From UHGV virus genome UHGV-0110285: 11,511 nt of DNA; one strand, 5' to 3'. Shown in pieces: positions 6,756 through 11,511 of the stretch (the stretch's first letter is position 1; every line of letters begins with the position of its first letter). A program made the position numbers and the translations under genes. The notes beneath the pieces were generated by a model. It saw nothing but the letters and a program-made list of their open reading frames with translations, made no database searches and was not told the DNA's origin. The stretch comes from a virus.

Positions 6756-7838
6756 TTAGAACTGGTAAACCATACCTACAGCAACGATATCATCGGTAGC
6801 AACGCCAGATGCTTTCGTGAAATCGCTCTTATCAATCAGGTTGATTTTGTAGTCAACAAAAGTGGACATATTTTTGTTGAAGTAATAGGTTGCACCTACA
6901 TCAACATATTCAACCAGGTCCTGATCACCCCAAACACCCAAGTCTTTTCCTTTAGAATGCAGGTAAGCAACGGATGGACGCAGGCCGAAGTCGAACTGAT
7001 ATTGTGCAACAGCTTCGAAGTTTTGTGCTTTGTTGGCAATATGGTTATTACCAAAAACAGTCATGTTCTGGGTTTCAGAATAGGTGGTGGCCAGATAGAT
7101 GTTGTTCGCATCATATTTCAGACCAGCTGCCCATACTTCAGCATTTTGACCAGAAGCATTCAGACCGTTGTTACCGTAGATAACCTGATTATTAGTGCGA
7201 TCAGATTTAGCATAGGTTGCACCCACGCCGAATCCTTCATACTCATAAGTAGTTGAGAAACCGAAACCATCGCCATTAGCTTCAGTTACTTCATTTCGGT
7301 CATTTTTGCCCTGATACTGAGCTGCAAAGTTCAGGCCATCAACCAGACCAAAGAAGTCGTTGTTACGATAAGTTGCAACACCTGTGGTGCGACCAGTCAT
7401 GAATACATCTGTTTGGGTCCAGGTATCGCCACCGAATTCTGGCAGAACGTCAGTCCACGCACCGATGTCGTATGCTACACCGTAGTTACGGCCGTAATCG
7501 ATGGAGCCGTAGTCACCGAATTTCAGGCCAGCGAAGGCAAGACGGGTTTTATCTTTGGAGGAACCTTGAGATTCAGCGCGGTTGCCTTTGAATTCATATT
7601 CCCACTGACCGAAACCAGTCAGTTGATCGTTGATTTGGGTTTCACCTTTGAAGCCAAGACGGGCATAAGTAGTATCACCATCATCTGCATCATTAGAGGA
7701 GAAGTAGTGTTTAGCATTAACTTTCCCGTACAGATCCAGCTTGTTACTGTCTTTATTATAAATTTCAGCTGCCTGAGCAGACATCGCCATCAGTACTGAT
7801 GCAGCTACAGCAGAAATTGCCACTGTTAATTTTTTCAT
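6756..7838 (-). CDS. nmpC: Phage-borne general porin of the OmpC/OmpF superfamily (Lc/NmpC/OmpD-like), 360 aa, apparently intact
   Basis: Signal peptide [23 protein letters not shown] then AEIYNK..; 16-strand porin-like sequence ending in a C-terminal Phe (..VGMVYQF); convergent with Q, the arrangement known from PA-2 lc and DLP12 nmpC. Confidence 0.9.
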   Translation of the reverse strand: MKKLTVAISAVAASVLMAMSAQAAEIYNKDSNKLDLYGKVNAKHYFSSNDADDGDTTYARLGFKGETQINDQLTGFGQWEYEFKGNRAESQGSSKDKTRLAFAGLKFGDYGSIDYGRNYGVAYDIGAWTDVLPEFGGDTWTQTDVFMTGRTTGVATYRNNDFFGLVDGLNFAAQYQGKNDRNEVTEANGDGFGFSTTYEYEGFGVGATYAKSDRTNNQVIYGNNGLNASGQNAEVWAAGLKYDANNIYLATTYSETQNMTVFGNNHIANKAQNFEAVAQYQFDFGLRPSVAYLHSKGKDLGVWGDQDLVEYVDVGATYYFNKNMSTFVDYKINLIDKSDFTKASGVATDDIVAVGMVYQF

Positions 7839-8060
7839 CGTGAGCCCTTTTTTTTGAACTATTATTAAAAAATGATGTCACTGCGCGATAAATATTCATC
7901 TAATCAATATGATTATTTCAAGATGTAAGTTTTGGTTTCTCGTTTGATTTGTGAAGTAGATCTCTATTTTTATCTGAACTTTTTTCTATCGAATCCTATT
8001 CATGGCTCTTGGCTGAATAAAAATAAATCTATTAGCCAATTTATATTAACGGTTGTTATT
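7839..8060 (-). promoter_or_regulatory. AT-rich 5' control region of the porin gene (promoter not resolved)
   Basis: About 220 bp of AT-rich non-coding sequence immediately upstream of the porin ATG on the minus strand. Confidence 0.3.
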
Positions 8061-8266
8061 TATAAGTGCTCTATGATTTGAAGGTTCAATTTAAATCGGC
8101 TAAAAATAACACTAGAAATTATTTGTTGGTTATTTGTTGAGATTTGCTTATGTATTTGTAGTGGTGTTTTCAATACTCGGTAGCATTCTCGCAAATATCA
8201 TTTAGTGGTTTACGTACGTAAAAAATTGGTTATGCTGTTAAGAGTGGTTACTTCGTCACACAGCTT

Positions 8267-8300
8267 AAACCCGCCGTCGAGCGGGTTTTTCCATTTTTTG
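8267..8300 (+). terminator. Intrinsic terminator on the plus strand about 115 nt upstream of the holin (tR'-like): AAACCCGC-CGTCGA-GCGGGTTT followed by UUCCAUUUUUU
   Basis: Perfect 8-bp stem plus a U-rich tail on the plus strand. Confidence 0.6.
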
Positions 8301-8411
8301 AGTCTCGATATTAGCTGATAACCCAATACCTGAGTTATTCACTGACTCCGAGTCTGTTACGTTTCGTAGTATTCCCTCAATTTACACCCGCTTTGTCTGC
8401 GAGGTGGGGTT

Positions 8412-8627
8412 ATGAAATCCATGGATAAGTTAACAACGGGTGTCGCCTATGGCACCTCAGCAGGTAGTGCCGGGTACTGGTTTTTACAGCTGCTAGATAA
8501 AGTCACGCCCTCACAGTGGGCGGCAATTGGAGTGCTGGGTAGCCTGGTATTTGGCCTGCTGACGTACCTGACAAACCTTTATTTCAAGATTAAAGAAGAT
8601 AAGCGCAAGGCTGCGAGAGGTGAATAA
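8412..8627 (+). CDS. essD: Class II holin/pinholin of the phage 21 S type, 71 aa, with dual-start motif MKSM
   Basis: [71 protein letters not shown]: two transmembrane segments, charged C-terminus, Met1/Met4 starts; GAGGTGG RBS. Confidence 0.9.
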
Positions 8628-9124
8628 TGCCTCCATCATTACGAAAAGCCGTTGCTGCTGCTATTGGTGGCGGAGCAATTGCTATAGCATCAGTGTTAAT
8701 TACTGGCCCAAGTGGTAACGATGGTCTGGAAGGTGTCAGCTACATACCATACAAAGATATTGTTGGTGTATGGACTGTATGTCACGGGCATACAGGAAAA
8801 GACATCATGCTCGGTAAAACGTATACCAAAGCAGAATGCAAAGCCCTCCTGAATAAAGACCTTGCCACGGTCGCCAGACAAATTAACCCGTACATCAAAG
8901 TCGATATACCGGAAACAACGCGCGGTGCTCTTTACTCGTTCGTTTACAACGTGGGTGCTGGAAATTTCAGAACATCGACGCTTCTTCGCAAAATAAACCA
9001 GGGCGATATCAAAGGCGCATGTGATCAGCTACGTCGCTGGACATATGCTGGCGGTAAGCAATGGAAAGGTCTCATGACTCGTCGTGAGGTTGAGCGTGAA
9101 ATTTGTTTGTGGGGTCAGCAATGA
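8627..9124 (+). CDS. rrrD: SAR (signal-anchor-release) endolysin, lysozyme of the phage 21 R type, 165 aa
   Basis: N-terminal Gly/Ala-rich weakly hydrophobic segment [20 protein letters not shown] followed by a lysozyme-like domain; ATG overlaps the holin TAA (TAATG). Confidence 0.92.
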   Translation: MPPSLRKAVAAAIGGGAIAIASVLITGPSGNDGLEGVSYIPYKDIVGVWTVCHGHTGKDIMLGKTYTKAECKALLNKDLATVARQINPYIKVDIPETTRGALYSFVYNVGAGNFRTSTLLRKINQGDIKGACDQLRRWTYAGGKQWKGLMTRREVEREICLWGQQ

Positions 9125-9579
9125 ACAGAGTAACCGCGATTATCTCCGCTCTGGTTATCTGCATCATCGTCTGCCTGTCATGGGCTGTTAATCATTACCG
9201 TGATAACGCAATCGCCTACAAAGAGCAGCGCGATAACAAGGCCAGTGAACTGGAGAAGGCGAACGCCACCATCGCTGACATGCGGAAGCGTCAACGTGAT
9301 GTAGCAGAACTCGACGCAAGATACACAAAGGAGCTTGCTGATGCTAACGCGACTATCGAAAGTCTCCGTGCTGATGTTTCTGCTGGGCGTAAGCGCCTGC
9401 AAGTCGCCGCCACCTGTGCAAAGTCAACGACCGGAGCCAGCGGCATGGGCGATGGAGAAAGCCCAAGACTTACAGCAGATGCTGAACTCAATTATTACCG
9501 TCTCCGAAGTGGAATCGACAAGATAACCGCGCAGGTTAACTACCTGCAGGAATACATCAGGACGCAATGCCTGAAATAA
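9121..9579 (+). CDS. rzpD: Rz spanin inner-membrane subunit (i-spanin), 152 aa from the ATG at 9121 overlapping the endolysin stop (the track ORF starts at 9103)
   Basis: [28 protein letters not shown].. : N-terminal transmembrane segment then a coiled-coil-like periplasmic domain; position after the endolysin. Confidence 0.85.
   Translation: MNRVTAIISALVICIIVCLSWAVNHYRDNAIAYKEQRDNKASELEKANATIADMRKRQRDVAELDARYTKELADANATIESLRADVSAGRKRLQVAATCAKSTTGASGMGDGESPRLTADAELNYYRLRSGIDKITAQVNYLQEYIRTQCLK
9341..9526 (+). CDS. rzoD: Rz1 outer-membrane lipoprotein spanin (o-spanin) embedded in the +1 frame of Rz, 61 aa from the ATG at 9341 (the track ORF starts at a TTG at 9335)
   Basis: [20 protein letters not shown]|[16 protein letters not shown].. 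: lipobox ending in Cys, proline-rich mature part; AAGGAG 9 nt upstream; fully nested in Rz. Confidence 0.8.
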   Translation: MLTRLSKVSVLMFLLGVSACKSPPPVQSQRPEPAAWAMEKAQDLQQMLNSIITVSEVESTR

Positions 9580-9610
9580 TTTTTTTGCAAATCACAAAGT
9601 CCATTTAATG

Positions 9611-9636
9611 AGCCTCGCGATGCGGGGCTTTTTTTA
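9611..9636 (+). terminator. Intrinsic terminator downstream of Rz: AGCCUCGC-GAU-GCGGGGCU followed by UUUUUUU
   Basis: GC-rich 8-bp stem (one G-U pair) and a T7 run on the plus strand, 32 nt after the Rz stop. Confidence 0.7.
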
Positions 9637-9784
9637 CATCTGAATTTCACAGCGCATCTCACGCGCATATTACATCACCCGAGCCTTTCAGAAAGTTGAG
9701 CCTGAGAACTGCCGTATATGGTGGCGACCATCTCGGGGCGGCTTTTCTGTGAGACAGGCTCACTTTCTAAAAGGTAAAGACGCT

Positions 9785-10273
9785 ATGAACCAATTAGAAG
9801 AAAAGCTTCAAAGAATGATTTCCTTATACAAGGAAGATAACTGCCAAAAAGTTCCTGAAAACATCGCAGAGTTAATGGAATTGGCAAGTGAATTTTCTGG
9901 CATGCTTAAGTCGTCAGGTGTTCGGTCAGCGTTCTTTGTTGAAATGCTGATGCACGGCGGACTTATGGCAACAATGAGACGTGTAATGGAAGACCAGAGA
10001 AAAGAACCTCCTCAGGTATACGTTTTGTCATCGAAGAAAACTGGGCTAACCAAAATTGGGTATTCATCCAACATTCCACAACGCATCAAATCGCTTGGCA
10101 ACTCTGGACCAGACTGCTTGAAGCTTGAGTGCCTGATCCCTGGTGGAAGAGAAACTGAAAACATGCTTCATCGCAAATTTGCCGCAAAGAGAAAGCACGG
10201 TGAATGGTTCGCCCTGTCCAAGGATGACATTGAGGGATTGAAATCTGTAGCGATTACTTCTGATGGCTATTAA
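9785..10273 (+). CDS. Hypothetical protein with a C-terminal T5orf172/GIY-YIG-like domain, 162 aa from the ATG at 9785 (the track ORF starts at a GTG at 9749); sits where lambda carries bor
   Basis: C-terminal half QVYVLSSKKTGLTKIGYSSNIPQRIKSLGNSGPDCLKLECLIPGGRETENMLHRKFAAKRKHGEWFALSKDDI fits the T5orf172 pattern (VYVL..KIG...R..L...E..LH..F...R..GEWF); AGGTAAAGA RBS before the ATG; N-terminal 75 aa helical with no recognised similarity. Confidence 0.6.
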   Translation: MNQLEEKLQRMISLYKEDNCQKVPENIAELMELASEFSGMLKSSGVRSAFFVEMLMHGGLMATMRRVMEDQRKEPPQVYVLSSKKTGLTKIGYSSNIPQRIKSLGNSGPDCLKLECLIPGGRETENMLHRKFAAKRKHGEWFALSKDDIEGLKSVAITSDGY

Positions 10274-10310
10274 TGCTTGTTTAGAGCAATTTTCATAACA
10301 ACTCTTCATT

Positions 10311-10345
10311 ACAAAGCCCATCTACTGGTGGGCTTGATAATGAAA
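10311..10345. repeat. Copy 1 of an imperfect direct repeat (ACAAAGCCCATCTACTGGTGGGCTTGATAATG); also folds as a hairpin AAGCCCA/TGGGCTT
   Basis: Aligned by eye with 10667-10705; shares the ACAAAGCC, CTAC, GTGG and TTGATAATG blocks. Confidence 0.45.
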
Positions 10346-10587
10346 CCGTGATTTACATCCCCACAATCCGGGTATGTAAAAGATAGTTCAGGCGAGAACG
10401 GATTTAACTAAATCTGTGCGCCACCAGTTAACGGCAGTACCACGAAACAACCCAAGCCAGTAAGTGGGGAAATAACACCGGCAGCCACTGAAAGATGAAC
10501 CTCCTGCCTTATGGCAAAAAAGATTCTTTGTGGTGGCGGACTGATGGAAAGACATCCTAATTTCAGCCAAACATTGAAGGAGTTGTT

Positions 10588-10659
10588 ATGTCAGCAGAAG
10601 GTTTCAATAACCCATCAAAATTCCGGGATGAGTGGGATAGCAGCGTAAAGAGTAAGTGA
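10588..10659 (+). CDS. Possible 23-codon small ORF (MSAEGFNNPSKFRDEWDSSVKSK) with a strong Shine-Dalgarno; may be a micro-protein or the 5' remnant of a lost gene
   Basis: AAGGAG 5 nt upstream of the ATG; short; lies between the two direct-repeat copies. Confidence 0.25.
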   Translation: MSAEGFNNPSKFRDEWDSSVKSK

Positions 10660-10666
10660 TGCCATC

Positions 10667-10705
10667 ACAAAAGCCATTCCCTACAGAGTGGCTTTGATAA
10701 TGGCT
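10667..10705. repeat. Copy 2 of the imperfect direct repeat (ACAAAAGCCATTCCCTACAGAGTGGCTTTGATAATG); hairpin AAGCCA/TGGCTT
   Basis: Aligned by eye with 10311-10345. Confidence 0.45.
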
Positions 10706-10951
10706 TATACCCTACACGGGATAACTTAACTGATATCCCTTTTAAAGGATAAAGGTATTCAAGCCTGACACATCATGCGCTGTATCGTCGCCGTATTCCC
10801 GTATTAACAGAGACCGTAGCCCGACGGGGAACTCCTTCTGCGAGAGTGTGCGGGAATAATCAAAAACGATGCACACCGGGGTTACCGGGTACACATATTT
10901 CATCATGCCAGCGAGTCCGGTTCTGGCACGGAAGAAACCGGACGTTATGAT

Positions 10952-11362
10952 TTAGTGCGGAAATATTTGTGTAGTGTTCTGAATGTTCTCAGTAAAGAGT
11001 AATGAATTATCAAAGGTATAGTAATACCTTTTGTTTTCGTGGATATTTGTAATCCATCTGAAAACCCCTGCTGTAGCAAGATTTTTCCTGTATTCGTAAA
11101 ATGATAACTCTCCTGATTTGAATCCTTTTAAGGTGGCTTCTATAAGGCATTTATTTTTTGAAAATCTTACATTTACAACCTTACCCTGTCCTTTTATTAA
11201 AACCGTATTATCGTTTTCAAGAACAAGATGAATATTCTCTGTGGCTAAATAGTAAATGTAATGTGAGACATTGTGACGTTTTAGTTCAGAATAAAACCAG
11301 TGATAGTTTAAATTATTTCGCACTTTATCGAATATTTGTTTAAAAATGGCAACCTGAGCCAT
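10952..11362 (-). CDS. AT-rich hypothetical protein, 136 aa from the ATG at 11362 (the track ORF starts at 11377); tentatively YbcV-like
   Basis: [38 protein letters not shown].. ; GGAAGG RBS 7 nt upstream of the second ATG; 136 aa equals the recalled size of DLP12 YbcV, which lies in the same place and orientation relative to the lysis genes; strongly AT-biased codon usage. Confidence 0.45.
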   Translation of the reverse strand: MAQVAIFKQIFDKVRNNLNYHWFYSELKRHNVSHYIYYLATENIHLVLENDNTVLIKGQGKVVNVRFSKNKCLIEATLKGFKSGELSFYEYRKNLATAGVFRWITNIHENKRYYYTFDNSLLFTENIQNTTQIFPH

Positions 11363-11511
11363 TGTAGTACCTTCCATGTGATATGAGGGGCGTAGTCTGC
11401 ACGATTATCTAAATTGCTTCAATCTGGTCTGATCTGTTTTCTGAGCAATTCAGTAATTGATCCTACCCACGTAATATGGACACAGGCCTAAGCGAGGTTC
11501 TTGTTTTCAAA

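Larger units (their letters stand above)
47..11511. mobile_element. Defective lambdoid prophage (lambda-type left arm joined to phage-21/DLP12-like late region); continues beyond the right edge of the window
   Basis: attL core at 47-61 followed by int, xis, Red genes, rusA, Q, porin and lysis cassette; no repressor, N or replication genes anywhere in the window. Confidence 0.85.

Noticed and set aside
6957-7799. Plus-strand ORFs 6957..7256, 6974..7183 and 7413..7799
   Set aside because: Antisense within the porin gene; the porin frame has a signal peptide and a C-terminal Phe, these do not.
8134-8165. Alternative sigma-70 promoter candidates (TTGAGA or TTGCTT as -35) in the AT-rich region upstream of the holin
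   Set aside because: No acceptable -10 hexamer at 16-18 bp spacing was found for these; only the TTTACG/TATGCT pair at 8209-8236 is retained, and that only as a low-confidence candidate.
8696-9491. Minus-strand ORFs 8696..8881, 9178..9402 and 9291..9491
   Set aside because: Antisense to the endolysin and to Rz/Rz1; the only supported nested gene here is Rz1 on the plus strand.
9749-9784. GTG start at 9749 for the T5orf172 gene (track ORF of 174 aa)
   Set aside because: The ATG at 9785 has a purine-rich RBS at appropriate spacing, whereas the GTG at 9749 has none; the 12 extra N-terminal residues are probably not translated. Kept as an alternative only.
10064-10570. Minus-strand ORFs 10064..10321 and 10388..10570; possible bor remnant
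   Set aside because: The first overlaps the 3' end of the T5orf172 gene antisense. The second has no RBS and a Cys/Trp-rich improbable translation. Neither resembles the Bor lipoprotein (no signal peptide or lipobox), so bor is called absent rather than degraded.
11158-11343. Plus-strand ORF 11158..11343
   Set aside because: Antisense within the AT-rich YbcV-like gene; AT-rich DNA readily produces such frames.
1-11511. Intact, inducible lambda prophage
   Set aside because: No cI, cro, N, O, P or kil/cIII were found in any frame, and the late region is of the phage 21/DLP12 type, not lambda; the element is read as a deleted mosaic.
1-11511. CRISPR array, tRNA, rRNA or an integron-like structure
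   Set aside because: No regularly spaced direct repeats, no cloverleaf-capable tRNA-like segments (the lambda att site is not in a tRNA) and no rRNA-like sequence were seen; the only repeats are the two imperfect copies at 10311-10345 and 10667-10705.

Overview
This window is the left end of a defective lambdoid prophage sitting at the E. coli lambda attachment site. It opens with about 46 bp of host flank and an attL (B-O-P') junction whose 15-bp core GCTTTTTTATACTAA lies at 47-61. A lambda-type early-left arm follows on the minus strand: int, xis, orf55, ea8.5, ea22, a TraR-like orf73, orf61/63/60a, exo, bet and gam. At about 5490-5520 this arm is joined directly to a nin/late-region block on the plus strand: a 3' gene remnant, rusA, a ylcG-like small ORF, a QuuD-like Q antiterminator, an antisense Lc/NmpC-family porin, and a phage-21-type lysis cassette (dual-start pinholin, SAR endolysin, Rz with embedded Rz1). 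The whole immunity/replication segment (kil, cIII, N, rex, cI, cro, cII, O, P, most nin genes) is missing, so the element looks cryptic. Downstream of Rz, where lambda carries bor, there is instead a gene for a T5orf172/GIY-YIG-like protein, then a repeat-bearing non-coding stretch and an AT-rich YbcV-like gene. That moron region is the best candidate for something undescribed. No tRNA, rRNA or CRISPR is present. All assignments rest on reading the ORF translations and on recalled family knowledge; no searches were run.
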